A DNA stretch of 64,000 nt from Alphaproteobacteria bacterium (lineage in GTDB: Bacteria; Pseudomonadota; Alphaproteobacteria; UBA828). Each line of letters begins with the position of its first letter. Position 1 is the first letter of the stretch. Made by a program: the position numbers and the translations under genes. The notes beneath the pieces were generated by a model. It was not told the DNA's origin, searched no databases, and saw nothing but the letters and a program-made list of their open reading frames with translations. The stretch spans positions 60,653 through 124,652 of the forward strand of contig JAJEEP010000178.1 of assembly GCA_022820945.1 (NCBI GenBank), in the 5' to 3' direction. Shown in pieces: positions 9,915-19,897 of the stretch.

Positions 9915-10919
9915 ATGAGCGACGCGCCGCCGCCGGACCGCGAGGACACCGACGCGCCCGGCACGCTGGCCGCCGGCATCGACCGGCTGCTCGACGTGAT
10001 GGCGCGGCTGCGCGACCCGGACGGCGGCTGCCCGTGGGACCTCGAGCAGAGCTTCGCGACCATCGCGCCCTACACCATCGAGGAAGCCTACGAGGTCGCC
10101 GAGGCGATCCGGCAGGACGATCGGGCGGCGCTCCGCGACGAGCTGGGCGACCTGCTGCTGCAGGTGGTCTTTCACGCGCAGATGGCGCGGGAGGACGGCA
10201 GCTTCGACTTCGACGAGGTCGCGCGCGGCATCGCGGACAAGATGATCCGCCGCCACCCCAACGTGTTCGGTGACGACGAGTCCGAGGCGCGGCACTCGGC
10301 GCCGGCGCAGATGCGCTCGTGGGAGGCCCAGAAGGCCGCCGAGCGCGAGGCCAAGGCCGAGGCCGAAGGGCGCCGGCCCAGCGTGCTGGACGGCGTCGCG
10401 CTGGCCCTCCCTGCCCTGCTCCGCGCCGAGAAGCTCCAGAAGCGCGCGGCGCGCGTGGGCTTCGACTGGCCGGGGCCCGAGCCGGTCTTCGCCAAGGTAC
10501 TGGAAGAGGTGGCGGAGCTTCACGAGGCCGCGGCGGCAGCGGAGACGGCACGGGAGCCGGCGAGCAGCCCGGCGGGTGATGGGGCGGCGGACCCGGCGGG
10601 GTCACGCGGCCAAGCGGCGCAGACGCCGGGTGATCGGGCGGGTGACCGGACGGCGGTGGCCGAGGAGATCGGCGACCTGCTGTTCGCCTGCGTCAACCTC
10701 GGCCGGCACCTGGGCGTGGAGCCCGAAGCCGCGCTGCGCGCCGCCAACGCCAAGTTTACCGCTCGCTTCCACCGTGTCGAGGCAGCGCTGGCGGACTCGG
10801 GCCAGAGCGCCGCCGACGTCGGCCTCGCCGAACTCGACCGCCTGTGGGAGGACGCAAAGCAAGCGGAGCGCGGGTCGTCGGACGCGAAGGCGACGGCCAT
10901 TCCGACGCGGGACGAATAG
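9915..10919 (+). CDS. mazG: nucleoside triphosphate pyrophosphohydrolase MazG (two MazG domains separated by a low-complexity insert)
   Basis: ATG at 9915 inside ORF 9852..10919. Contains CPWDLEQSFATIAPYTIEEAYEVAEAI and EELGDLLLQVVFHAQ. The second domain has EEIGDLLFACVNLGRHLGVEPE. Confidence 0.85.
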   Translation: MSDAPPPDREDTDAPGTLAAGIDRLLDVMARLRDPDGGCPWDLEQSFATIAPYTIEEAYEVAEAIRQDDRAALRDELGDLLLQVVFHAQMAREDGSFDFDEVARGIADKMIRRHPNVFGDDESEARHSAPAQMRSWEAQKAAEREAKAEAEGRRPSVLDGVALALPALLRAEKLQKRAARVGFDWPGPEPVFAKVLEEVAELHEAAAAAETAREPASSPAGDGAADPAGSRGQAAQTPGDRAGDRTAVAEEIGDLLFACVNLGRHLGVEPEAALRAANAKFTARFHRVEAALADSGQSAADVGLAELDRLWEDAKQAERGSSDAKATAIPTRDE

Positions 10920-11363
10920 GCGCGGTTTCACCCTCCGTGCCCACGCGCACGGTTTGCAATTCTGCCAGGACGTCATAACCGCACGTGTTGCGGCCATCCA
11001 CGAGGTGCTGCGGAGAAAGACGCCCAGAACGAGTTCGGGCACGACGAGGTAAGGGCGTGAGGCGATTCCCCGGTCGATGGTGCGGTGTACGGCGCGTGCG
11101 GCTGGTGCCACCATCGCGCCGTGAAGCGCACGGGATTGCAGGCCGAGGCAGGCGGAGGGAGGGTGAGCGGACGTTCGTCGCCCGGGCGTCCTCATTCGAT
11201 AGTCGACGCTATTGCTCGTCGTCGCCGCCAAGGGAACGGCCGCCGTGTCTGAGACGGCATCCCTCCCGTCCCGCCCGATCCCGGCGAATCCCGCAAAAGA
11301 GCTGAGTTTGTTCATCCCAGATACACTGCACGGGAACGTCGTGAACCGAGCATCCGGCACGAA

Positions 11364-11387
11364 GAAGGGGGCCATGTGGCCCCCTTC
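11364..11387 (-). terminator. stem-loop just downstream of the groEL stop (10-bp GC-rich stem, 4-nt loop); the U-tract is weak
   Basis: gaagggggcc-atgt-ggcccccttc, read directly from the sequence. It lies 29 nt beyond the groEL stop at 11416. On the minus strand only TTC follows the stem. Confidence 0.5.
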
Positions 11388-11415
11388 CCGATTACGTGCG
11401 ATGAACTAGGCGGAC

Positions 11416-13110
11416 TTACATGCCCATGCCACCCATACCGGGCATGCCACCCATACCGCCCATTCCCATGTCGCCCATGCCACCCATACCGGGCATGCCG
11501 CCGCCGCCCGGAGGCATCGGCGGTGGCGCCTCGGGAATCTCGACGACGCCGGCCTCGGTCGCGATCAGAAGGCCGGCGATGGACGCGGCGTCCTGCAAGG
11601 CGGAGCGGACCACCTTTGCCGGATCCAGAATGCCGGCTTCGATCATGTCGCAATAGCGCCCCTCCTGGGCGTCGAATCCACGGGTCGCGCCACGACCTTC
11701 GAGCAGCTTGCCCACGACGAGCGAGCCGTCGGCGCCGGCGTTCTCCGCGATATGGCGTGCGGGCGAGCGGATCGCGCTCCGTACGATCGCGATCCCGCGG
11801 TCCTGGTCGGCATTGGCACCCTTCAGCTTGTCGAGCTTGCGCGAGGCGGCGAGCAGCGCAACCCCGCCGCCGGGGACGACCCCCTCCTCCACCGCCGCGC
11901 GCGTGGCGCGCATGGCGTCCTCGACGAGCTCCTTCTTTTCCTTCACCTCGATCTCGCTGTCGCCGCCGACCTTCAGGATGGCGACCCCGCCGACCAGCTT
12001 GGCGAGCCGTTCCTCGAAGCGCTCCTGGTCGTATTCGGAATCGGTGGTCTCGATCTCGGTGCGGAGCTGCTGGCAGCGTTCGGCGATGGCCTTCTTGGTG
12101 CCGCCGCCGCCGACGATCACGGTCTCGTCCTTGCTCATCTCGACCCGCTTGGCCGTGCCCAGCTGATCGAGCGTGACGCTCTCAAGCTTGATGCCCTGCT
12201 CCTTGTTGATCACCGTACCACCGGTAAGCACGGCGATGTCTTCCAGCATGGCCTTGCGCCTGTCGCCGAAGGCCGGCGCCTTGGTCGCCGCCGCCCTGAG
12301 GCCGCCGCGCAGCCGATTGACCACCAGGGTCGCCAGCGCCTCGCCGTCCACGTCTTCGGCGATGATCACGAGCGGCTTGCCGGACTGACCGACCTGCTCC
12401 AGGACCGGCAGCAGCTCCTGCATGCTGGTGAGCTTCTCCTGGTGCACCAGGATGAAGGCGTCATCGAGCTCGACCGTCATGCGCTCGGCATTGGTCACGA
12501 AATAGGGCGAGATATAGCCCTTGTCGAAGTTCATGCCTTCGACGACGTCAAGCTCGGTATCGATGCCGGCCGCTTCCTCGATGGTGATGACGCCGCGCTC
12601 GCCCACCTCTTCCATGGCGCGCGAGATCATGTCCCCCACGTGCGGGTCGTTGTTGGAGGCCACGGTCGCCACCTGCGTAATCTCCTCGCGGGTCTTCACC
12701 CGCTTGGACTTCTTGCCGATCTCTTCGACCACCGCGTCGACGGCGAGGTCGATGCCGCGCCGCACGTCCATCGGATTCATGCCCGCCGCAACGGCCTTGG
12801 CGCCTTCGCGCACGAGCGCGCGGGCGAGGACGGTCGCGGTGGTGGTGCCGTCGCCGGCGGACTTTTCGGTGTGGGTCGCGGCCTCACGGACGAGCCGGGC
12901 GCCCATGTCCTGGAGACGATCTTCGAGCTCGATCTCCTTGGCGACGGTCACGCCGTCCTTCGTGATCCGCCCGTCGCCGCCCGCCGTCTGATAGACCACG
13001 GTGCGGCCCTTCGGGCCGAGCGTGACCGATACGGCGTCAGTGAGGATGTCGACACCTTCGAGAAGGCGCTCGCGAGCCTCCTCGGCTTGATGGATTTGTT
13101 TCTTGGCCAT
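11416..13110 (-). CDS. groL: chaperonin GroEL (60 kDa) with a C-terminal GGM repeat tail
   Basis: 564-aa ORF. Starts [36 protein letters not shown]. Contains [12 protein letters not shown] and ends [14 protein letters not shown]. Confidence 0.97.
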   Translation of the reverse strand: MAKKQIHQAEEARERLLEGVDILTDAVSVTLGPKGRTVVYQTAGGDGRITKDGVTVAKEIELEDRLQDMGARLVREAATHTEKSAGDGTTTATVLARALVREGAKAVAAGMNPMDVRRGIDLAVDAVVEEIGKKSKRVKTREEITQVATVASNNDPHVGDMISRAMEEVGERGVITIEEAAGIDTELDVVEGMNFDKGYISPYFVTNAERMTVELDDAFILVHQEKLTSMQELLPVLEQVGQSGKPLVIIAEDVDGEALATLVVNRLRGGLRAAATKAPAFGDRRKAMLEDIAVLTGGTVINKEQGIKLESVTLDQLGTAKRVEMSKDETVIVGGGGTKKAIAERCQQLRTEIETTDSEYDQERFEERLAKLVGGVAILKVGGDSEIEVKEKKELVEDAMRATRAAVEEGVVPGGGVALLAASRKLDKLKGANADQDRGIAIVRSAIRSPARHIAENAGADGSLVVGKLLEGRGATRGFDAQEGRYCDMIEAGILDPAKVVRSALQDAASIAGLLIATEAGVVEIPEAPPPMPPGGGGMPGMGGMGDMGMGGMGGMPGMGGMGM

Positions 13111-13155
13111 CGCCGGTCGCTCCAGATTGGATGCCTAACGGAAGAGGGTGTCGAG

Positions 13156-13443
13156 CTACTCGATCACGCCCATGATGTCGGACTCCTTCATGATCAACAG
13201 CTCCTCGCCGTCGACCTTGACCTCGGTGCCCGACCACTTGCCGAACAGGATGCGGTCGCCCGCCTGGACATCGAGCGGGTTGAGCTTGCCGTCCTCCCCA
13301 CGCTCGCCCGGGCCTGCGGCGACGACCTCGCCCTCCTGCGGTTTCTCCTGGGCGGTGTCCGGAATGATGATGCCGCCCGCCGTCTTCTGATCCTGCTCGA
13401 TCCGCCGCACCAGCACGCGGTCGTGCAAAGGCCTGATGTTCAT
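13156..13443 (-). CDS. groES: co-chaperonin GroES
   Basis: 95-aa ORF: [46 protein letters not shown]. Confidence 0.97.
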   Translation of the reverse strand: MNIRPLHDRVLVRRIEQDQKTAGGIIIPDTAQEKPQEGEVVAAGPGERGEDGKLNPLDVQAGDRILFGKWSGTEVKVDGEELLIMKESDIMGVIE

Positions 13444-13501
13444 GCCGCCCTCCGAAACGTGACCGTGTCCAATGCTGCCCGTGCTCCGCCAGCAGCATCT
13501 G

Positions 13502-13528
13502 TTAGCGCTCTCGCGAGGCGAGTGCTAA
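13502..13528 (-). promoter_or_regulatory. CIRCE operator (HrcA binding site) in the groES leader
   Basis: TTAGCGCTC-N9-GAGTGCTAA, compared with the consensus TTAGCACTC-N9-GAGTGCTAA. There is one mismatch. It lies 59 nt upstream of the groES ATG. Confidence 0.85.
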
Positions 13529-13532
13529 CCGC

Positions 13533-13561
13533 TTAATAGGGAGACGGGATGCCGGTGTCAA
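13533..13561 (-). promoter_or_regulatory. sigma-70-like promoter for groESL (TTGACA-N17-TATTAA) directly upstream of CIRCE
   Basis: The minus strand reads TTGACA ccggcatcccgtctccc TATTAA. The -35 box is at 13561-13556 and the -10 box at 13538-13533. Confidence 0.55.
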
Positions 13562-13824
13562 CAGCAAGGCGGGCCGACAGGGGGTCTTGTTCTCGAACCT
13601 CGGTTTCTAAAATGTTCTCCATTCAACCCATACCAGATATTGGTCTCAGAGGGCTTTCCCGATGGGCGCAAGGCGTGGTTGCGGGGTGCCGTCGCCCTTC
13701 CCACCACTTCGTTAGCGACCATAGAGAGACTGTGAAATTGACGATATTTCAAATTATTATGGGCGAATTCGTACATTATACTTTTCGTAAAATCCCTGTT
13801 GAGTCAGGAGTGGCTGAGGCTAAA

Positions 13825-15192
13825 TCAGCGGGCGGCGAGCGAGATGCCGGGGCGCCGCTCCAGCCGGCCGGCGTCCGCCGGCGTAAGGCCGACCCTGAGG
13901 CGGGCCTCGCCGTCGTCGTCGGCGTGCTCCAGAACCTCTCCGTGGCTGTAGAGCCAGGCGAGGGTCGCGCCGTCGGCATAGGGCACGCGCACTTCGACGA
14001 TTCGTCGTGCCGCCGTCAGCCGGGCGTCGATCGCCCGAATCAGATCGTCGACCCCTTCGCCGGTGAGCGCCGAGGCAGCGACGACGCTCGGGTGATCGGG
14101 GTGGCCGTTGCCTCGGTTGAGCGCTTCCCTTCCCCGCTCCGCAAGGCAAGCGCGTTGACGCGGGTCGAGGAGGTCGAGCTTGTTGAGCGCTTCGACGACA
14201 CCCGTGCCGAGGCGATCTTCGAGCCCGAGCTCGGTCAGCACCCTCAGCACGTCGGCGCGCTGCTCGACGCTGTCAGCGTGGGCACAGTCGCGGACGTGCA
14301 CGATGAGGTCGGCGGCGACTACCTCCTCCAGGGTCGCGCGAAACGCCGCCACCAGATCGTGCGGCAGGTCGGAGACGAAGCCGACGGTATCGGAGAGGAT
14401 GACGCGCTGGCCCGAGGGCAGCACGACCCCGCGCATGGTGGGGTCGAGGGTGGCGAAGAGCTGATCGCGCGCAACCGCCGTGGCCCCGGTCAGCCGGTTG
14501 AAGAGCGTGGTCTTGCCGGCGTTGGTGTAGCCGACCAGCGCGATCACGGGATAAGGGACGCGTTGGCGGGCGGCGCGATGCAGGCCGCGTGTTCGCTTGA
14601 CCCCGTCCAGCGCACGCTCCAGGCGGTCGATGCGGACGCGAATCTGGCGCCGATCGGCCTCGATCTGCGTCTCGCCCGGCCCACCCACGAAGCCGAGGCC
14701 GCCGCGCTGGCGCTCCAGGTGCGTCCAGGACCGCACCAGGCGGCTACGCTGGTAGCGAAGGGCGGCGAGCTCGACCTGGAGCCGGCCCTCACGGGTGCGG
14801 GCCCGCGCCGCGAAGATCTCCAGGATGAGCGCGGTGCGGTCGATGACCTTGCAGCGCCACGCACGTTCGAGATTGCGCTGCTGGACCGGGGTGAGAGCCC
14901 CATCCACGACAACAAGGCCCAAGTTATGCGCGGACACGTCCTCCGCCACCGCCTGCACCCGCCCGGGCCCGAACAGGGTGGCCGGCCGCGGCTTCTGCAC
15001 AGGCACCACGTCAGCCTCCACGACATCGAGGTCGATGGCGCGGGCGAGGCTCACCGCCTCGACAAGGCGACTCTCGGGCTCCCGCGTGCGCTCGCGCGCA
15101 TTCCCCGCCGCCGGCGGACGGGCCAGCGCCGGATGCAGGACGCAGGTGCGCGGTGGCGAATTAGCGTCGCGCGGGACGCTGACGCTCGCCAC
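13825..15192 (-). CDS. hflX: GTPase HflX
   Basis: 455-aa ORF. G1 motif [12 protein letters not shown], plus DTVGF and NKLD. The start codon abuts the hfq stop. Confidence 0.9.
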   Translation of the reverse strand: MASVSVPRDANSPPRTCVLHPALARPPAAGNARERTREPESRLVEAVSLARAIDLDVVEADVVPVQKPRPATLFGPGRVQAVAEDVSAHNLGLVVVDGALTPVQQRNLERAWRCKVIDRTALILEIFAARARTREGRLQVELAALRYQRSRLVRSWTHLERQRGGLGFVGGPGETQIEADRRQIRVRIDRLERALDGVKRTRGLHRAARQRVPYPVIALVGYTNAGKTTLFNRLTGATAVARDQLFATLDPTMRGVVLPSGQRVILSDTVGFVSDLPHDLVAAFRATLEEVVAADLIVHVRDCAHADSVEQRADVLRVLTELGLEDRLGTGVVEALNKLDLLDPRQRACLAERGREALNRGNGHPDHPSVVAASALTGEGVDDLIRAIDARLTAARRIVEVRVPYADGATLAWLYSHGEVLEHADDDGEARLRVGLTPADAGRLERRPGISLAAR

Positions 15193-15453
15193 TTACGTAT
15201 CGTCCTCCTCAGCCGGCTCAGCTCCCTGATCGAACAACTGGATCGGCTGAACCGGCATGACCGTCGAAATCGCATGCTTGTAGACAAGCTGCGAATGGTC
15301 ATCGCGCTTGAGCAATACACAGAAATTGTCGAACCAGGTGATAATTCCCTGGAGCTTGACACCGTTCACGAGAAAGATCGTGACCGGCATTTTTCCTTTG
15401 CGCACGTGATTGAGGAAGACGTCCTGGAGACTGTGGGATCCCTTGCCAGTCAT
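15193..15453 (-). CDS. hfq: RNA chaperone Hfq
   Basis: ATG at 15453 inside ORF 15193..15516. The sequence is [59 protein letters not shown], carrying the Sm1 and Sm2 motifs. Confidence 0.95.
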   Translation of the reverse strand: MTGKGSHSLQDVFLNHVRKGKMPVTIFLVNGVKLQGIITWFDNFCVLLKRDDHSQLVYKHAISTVMPVQPIQLFDQGAEPAEEDDT

Positions 15454-15531
15454 GTGTTCCTCTATCCTTGCCGGCCCCCGCCTCCGAAGGACCGGGCGGC
15501 TGGCTTGCTCATGCAAGCATGCCTGCGTTGA

Positions 15532-16188
15532 CTATATGGCGATTCCGTGTGCCCGCAAGAAGCCATGCAACCCGACGTGATCGACGACCTGATGATCGGG
15601 CACGCGCAGGCAGTCACCGTCGCGGGGCGTGTCGGCACTCACGATCACCGCGGTGCAGCCGGCATTGCGGGCGCAGGTCACGTCGATTCCCGTGTCGCCG
15701 ACATACCAGACGTCCGGGCCGGCACCGATGCCAGCGCCCTCAAGGGCCAGAGTCACGGCCTCGGGCGCCGGCTTGTCCAGTGGCCCATCCCCGGCGCCCA
15801 CGATACGCCCGAAATAGCCGCTCCAGCCAATTTGCGCCGCTTCCTCCCGCACCAGGTCGCCCTTCTTGCTGCTGACCACCCCGAGAGGCAGGCCATCGCG
15901 GTGAAGCGCGGCCAGCGTGGCCGACGCGCCGGCGAGCGGGGTCAGCCGACGCAAGCGGTCCGCCCGATAATGCCGGTAGAACAAGTGTTCGGCCCTAACG
16001 GCGTCGGCTCCGAAGAGGTCGGGAAACGAATCCCGCATGGAACGCCGCACCCAGGCCTTGGTCTGATCGAAGCTCCAGGGCTCGCGCCCCAGGTCGAGAA
16101 AGGTCTGCCGCAGGCTTTCGTGGATGATCTCCCAGCTCTCGATCAGCGTGTTGTCCCAGTCGAACAGGACGGCGCGTGGCCTTCTCAC
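15532..16188 (-). CDS. HAD-superfamily hydrolase (phosphoglycolate-phosphatase-like)
   Basis: 218-aa ORF. Motif I is VLFDWDNTL. Also has VVSSK and the motif IV stretch YVGDTGIDVTCARNAG. Confidence 0.75.
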   Translation of the reverse strand: MRRPRAVLFDWDNTLIESWEIIHESLRQTFLDLGREPWSFDQTKAWVRRSMRDSFPDLFGADAVRAEHLFYRHYRADRLRRLTPLAGASATLAALHRDGLPLGVVSSKKGDLVREEAAQIGWSGYFGRIVGAGDGPLDKPAPEAVTLALEGAGIGAGPDVWYVGDTGIDVTCARNAGCTAVIVSADTPRDGDCLRVPDHQVVDHVGLHGFLRAHGIAI

Positions 16189-17048
16189 CGGTTGCTACGC
16201 CCACCGCGGCAATAGGTGAGGTAGAGGTCGCGCAGCCGCAGAGTCACCGGCCCCGGCTCTCCGGTGCCGACCGGCTGACCGTCGACGCGAACGATGGCCC
16301 GGACGAACGACGTGGTGCTGGTGAGAAAGGCCTCGGGCGCGGCCTGCGCTTCGGCGAGCGTGAACGGTCGCTCGGCGACCTCGATCCCCGCCTCGCGAGC
16401 CAGCCGAATCACGGTCTGGCGTGTAATGCCGCCGAGGATGTTCGATTCGAGATCGCGGGTGATCACGCGGCCGACGTCGTCGACGATCCAGGCGTTGGTC
16501 GAGGAGCCCTCGGTGACCCGGCCTTGCGGGTCGATGAACCAGGCCTCGTAGGCGCCCTGCTCGCGTGCCTCCTGCTTGGCCAGGACGTTGGGAAGCAGGG
16601 AGACCGACTTGACGTCGCAGCGGCCCCAGCGCCCGTCCGGAATCGAGACCACCTCGGCGCCGCGGTCGGCCTCCGCGGTCTCGGGCCATTGAACCGGGCG
16701 CGCGGTGAGAACGATGGCGCCCTCAGCCTCCTCCGGGAAAGGATGATCCCGCGCCGCCGCGCCGCGCGTGACCTGCAGGTAGACCATGCCGTCCTTCACC
16801 CGATTGCGGCGAAGCACCTCGCGGGTGACCAGCTTGAGCGCGCGACGTGGCAAAGGGAGATCCATTCTCAGCTCATGAAGCGAGCGCTCCAACCGGTCGA
16901 GATGCGGCTCCTCGTCAATCACGCGGCCGCCGAAGACGGCTGCGACCTCATAGACCCCGTCGGAGAACTGGTATCCCCGGTCCTCGACATGAACGTGCGC
17001 CAAGTCGTGCCGCGTGTAGTGGCCGTTCACATAAGCGATACGGGACAT
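16185..17048 (-). CDS. class IV aminotransferase (D-amino-acid transaminase-like)
   Basis: 287-aa ORF. Contains HVEDRGYQFSDGVYEV, YLQVTRG and EGSSTNAW. There is a 4-nt overlap with the HAD gene. Confidence 0.8.
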   Translation of the reverse strand: MSRIAYVNGHYTRHDLAHVHVEDRGYQFSDGVYEVAAVFGGRVIDEEPHLDRLERSLHELRMDLPLPRRALKLVTREVLRRNRVKDGMVYLQVTRGAAARDHPFPEEAEGAIVLTARPVQWPETAEADRGAEVVSIPDGRWGRCDVKSVSLLPNVLAKQEAREQGAYEAWFIDPQGRVTEGSSTNAWIVDDVGRVITRDLESNILGGITRQTVIRLAREAGIEVAERPFTLAEAQAAPEAFLTSTTSFVRAIVRVDGQPVGTGEPGPVTLRLRDLYLTYCRGGRSNR

Positions 17049-17060
17049 GCGGGCCTCCGG

Positions 17061-18437
17061 TCAGAAGAACTCGAGGCGCACGGCGAACATTTGCTCGATC
17101 TTCTTCACCGCGCGCGCTGCCGCCAGCATCACGACCCGGTCATGCTCCTGAACGACCGTCTGAGGGCGCGGAATGATGACCTCGTTGCCGCGCACGATCG
17201 CTCCCACGATGATTCCGGTATGCAGCTTGGTCTCGTTAAGCGGTTGACCGACGATGGGAGAAGTCTCGAGGGCCTCAGCCTCGATAATCTCGGCGGCGCC
17301 GTCCCGGATCGAGTGCACGGCCAAGATACGGCCACGCCGGATGCGCTGCAGGATGGTCGAGACCGTCGACTCGCGCGGGCTTACCGCAACGTCCACACCA
17401 AGGCTCCCCATCAGCGGCCCGTAGCTGGAATTGTTGACCAAGGAAATCGCGGTTCTGCAGCCGGCGCGTTTTGCCAGCAGCGCCGCCAGGATATTCACTT
17501 CGTCGTCGTTGGAGACCGCTATCACCGCCTCGGCCAGTCCGATATTGATCTCGATGAAAATTTCCGGGTCGAGCGCGTAGCCGCCGATGATTGTGGCGTG
17601 GGAGAGTCGTTCCGCCAAGTAGCGAGCGCGCTCCGGGAGCAGCTCGACAATCTTTACATCGAGTCCTGGATGGGTCTCCTCCAGCTCCTGCGTCAGGAAA
17701 TAGCCGATATTGCCGCCACCAATGATGACGACCCGGCGGGCCTCCGGCTCCTCGTGCCCGAAGACGGCCATGCCACGCGCAACGTGCTCCGAATCCACGG
17801 CAAAATAGACCTCGTCCCCGATGAGCATCTGGTCGTCGCCTCGCGGCACGATGAGCCGCGAATCCCGGCTGATCGCAAGCACCATGATGTTGAGTTCGGG
17901 GAAGAGCTCGGTGAGCTGGCGGAGCGGCGTGTTGATGATGGGGCAACCTTCCTCGCAGCGCACCGCAATCACGCGCAAACGCCCGCCGCCGAATGGCAGC
18001 ATGTCGAGGGCGCCCGGCACCTGAAGCCGGCGTTCGATGGCGCGCGCGACCTCGATCTCGGGCGAGATGATCAGGTCGATCGGCATGTGGTCGCGGCTGT
18101 AAAGCTCGGCCCAGGCCGGGTTTAGATAGCTCTGTTGACGCACCCGCGCGATCTTTTCGGGCACGTCGAAGAGGGAGTGGGCGACCTGGCAGGCCACCAT
18201 GTTAACCTCGTCGGAGTGGGTCACGGCGACGATCATCTCGGCCGTCTTGGCGCCCGCCTCTTCGAGCACGTCGGGAAGCGATGCGTTACCCACGATCACC
18301 CGCGCGTCCACCGTATCGGACAAGCGCTGCACGACTGCTCGGTTGCTGTCGATCACGGTCACGTCGTTCGCCTCGTTGGCAAGCTGGCGAGCGATGTTGG
18401 CGCCGACCTGGCCGGCGCCGCAGACGATGATCTTCAT
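17061..18437 (-). CDS. trkA: Trk potassium uptake system NAD-binding protein TrkA
   Basis: ATG at 18437 inside ORF 17061..18794. There are two RCK/Rossmann repeats: MKIIVCGAGQVGANIARQL and VVIIGGGNIGYFLTQEL. Confidence 0.9.
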   Translation of the reverse strand: MKIIVCGAGQVGANIARQLANEANDVTVIDSNRAVVQRLSDTVDARVIVGNASLPDVLEEAGAKTAEMIVAVTHSDEVNMVACQVAHSLFDVPEKIARVRQQSYLNPAWAELYSRDHMPIDLIISPEIEVARAIERRLQVPGALDMLPFGGGRLRVIAVRCEEGCPIINTPLRQLTELFPELNIMVLAISRDSRLIVPRGDDQMLIGDEVYFAVDSEHVARGMAVFGHEEPEARRVVIIGGGNIGYFLTQELEETHPGLDVKIVELLPERARYLAERLSHATIIGGYALDPEIFIEINIGLAEAVIAVSNDDEVNILAALLAKRAGCRTAISLVNNSSYGPLMGSLGVDVAVSPRESTVSTILQRIRRGRILAVHSIRDGAAEIIEAEALETSPIVGQPLNETKLHTGIIVGAIVRGNEVIIPRPQTVVQEHDRVVMLAAARAVKKIEQMFAVRLEFF

Positions 18438-19897
18438 GGGCTGTTCAGCTTGTCGACACCGGCGGGGCTCGTGTCCGTGCCTCCCTTCCCGTCTCCGCCG
18501 TGCCCATCGTGCTCTCGGTCCAACACGCCCAGCGAACGCAGCTTGCGATGGAGTGCCGAGCGCTCCATGCCGACGAATTGAGCGGTGCGCGAGATATTGC
18601 CGCCGAAACGCCTGATTTGAGCGTGCAGGTAGTTTCGCTCGAACTGCCGTCGGGCGTCGCGCAACGAGAGCGTCATCAGGTCGGCCTGGTTTGTGAGCGC
18701 CTGTGCCGCTCCAGGCCTCGGCCTGAGGGCTGCTCGGATCATGTCCGCGCCAATCGGCCCGTTGGCTGGCATCGGGGCCATCATGAGCAGCCATTCCACG
18801 AAATTGCGGAGCTGACGCACATTGCCGGGCCAGTCGAACGACTGCAGCATCGCGATCCCGTCGCTTCCAATCTCGCGCGGCGACACCCCGGCACTGTCTG
18901 CCGCCTGACGAATGAAGAAGTTTGCCAATTCGGGAATATCCTCGCGGCGGTCTCGGAGTGCCGGCACTTCAATGGGTGTGACCAATAGTCGGTAGTAAAG
19001 GTCTTCGCGAAAGCGCCCCTGCTCTATCTCATTCTCCATGTCTCGCGTCGTCGCCGCCATCACGCGGATATCCACCTCGATCCGCTGCGAACCGCCTTCG
19101 CGCTCGAAGGTGTGCGCCTGCAGGGCGCGCGCAATCTTGCCCTGAGTCTCAAGGGGCATGTCGGCGATCTCATCGAAGAAGAGCGTGCCGCGGTGGGCGC
19201 GCTCGAACGTGCCAATCTTGCGTGAACCGGCAGCGGCAACCCCGTTTCCCTCGCTGCCGAACAGCTCCAGCTCCACACGGTCGGGTCTCATCATCGCTGC
19301 ATTGGCCACAACAAACGGCCCTGACGAGCGGCGCGAGCGGCCGTGGATGAGGCGCGCGAGCACCTCCTTTCCCGCCCCGGCAGGGCCGGTAATGAAGACT
19401 CGTCTGTCGGTTGGCGCCGCGCGGTCCGCAACCGTCCGGATTTGCTTGATTGCCGGCGAAGAGCCGATCAGCTCCGTCGTTTCGCCGGCGCGCAGCTTCA
19501 ACTCGGCGACCTCCCGCCTCAATTCTGCCGCCTCAAGCGCGCGTTCTACTGTAAGAAGCAGCCGATCGCTGTCGAGCGGCTTTTCGATGAATTCGTAAGC
19601 CCCCTTTTTAATCGCGGCGACGGCGGTATCGATGGTGCTGTGTCCGCTGATCATGATAACTGGCACTTCGGGGTGCCGGTGCATCACCCCCTCCAATACG
19701 TCCATGCCGTCGAGCTCGCTTCCCTCCAGCCACACGTCGAGGATGACGAGTGACGGCAACGGTCCAGAATCGATTGCCTCGATTGCGGCGGTACCATCGG
19801 CGGCATCACGCGGCGTATAGCCGCCGTCCTCCAGGATCCCGGCAATGGATTTGCGGACGTAGGGTTCGTCATCGACGATCAGAATATCGTGGGCCAT
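18434..19897 (-). CDS. ntrX: sigma-54-type response regulator NtrX (receiver, AAA+ and Fis-type HTH domains)
   Basis: ATG at 19897 inside ORF 18434..20143. Receiver domain ILIVDDEPYVRKS. Walker A GPAGAGKEVLARLIH. C-terminal NISRTAQFVGMERSALHRKLRSLG. There is no GAFTGA loop, as is usual for NtrX. The stop overlaps the trkA start (ATGA). Confidence 0.85.
   Translation of the reverse strand: MAHDILIVDDEPYVRKSIAGILEDGGYTPRDAADGTAAIEAIDSGPLPSLVILDVWLEGSELDGMDVLEGVMHRHPEVPVIMISGHSTIDTAVAAIKKGAYEFIEKPLDSDRLLLTVERALEAAELRREVAELKLRAGETTELIGSSPAIKQIRTVADRAAPTDRRVFITGPAGAGKEVLARLIHGRSRRSSGPFVVANAAMMRPDRVELELFGSEGNGVAAAGSRKIGTFERAHRGTLFFDEIADMPLETQGKIARALQAHTFEREGGSQRIEVDIRVMAATTRDMENEIEQGRFREDLYYRLLVTPIEVPALRDRREDIPELANFFIRQAADSAGVSPREIGSDGIAMLQSFDWPGNVRQLRNFVEWLLMMAPMPANGPIGADMIRAALRPRPGAAQALTNQADLMTLSLRDARRQFERNYLHAQIRRFGGNISRTAQFVGMERSALHRKLRSLGVLDREHDGHGGDGKGGTDTSPAGVDKLNSP

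Noticed and set aside
9778-10605. 275-aa Pro/Arg-rich minus-strand ORF
   Set aside because: It is antisense to mazG and its composition is implausible for a real protein.
11419-11520. short tandem repeats (atgccacccataccgggc-like units)
   Set aside because: They encode the normal GGM repeat tail of GroEL. This is not a CRISPR array or a satellite.
13549-15531. 660-aa plus-strand ORF
   Set aside because: It is entirely antisense to hflX and hfq, which have unambiguous motifs. Its composition is Arg/Ala/Gly-rich. This is the typical shadow ORF of a high-GC genome.
16176-18125. 649-aa plus-strand ORF
   Set aside because: It is antisense to the class IV aminotransferase and trkA and has no recognisable motifs.
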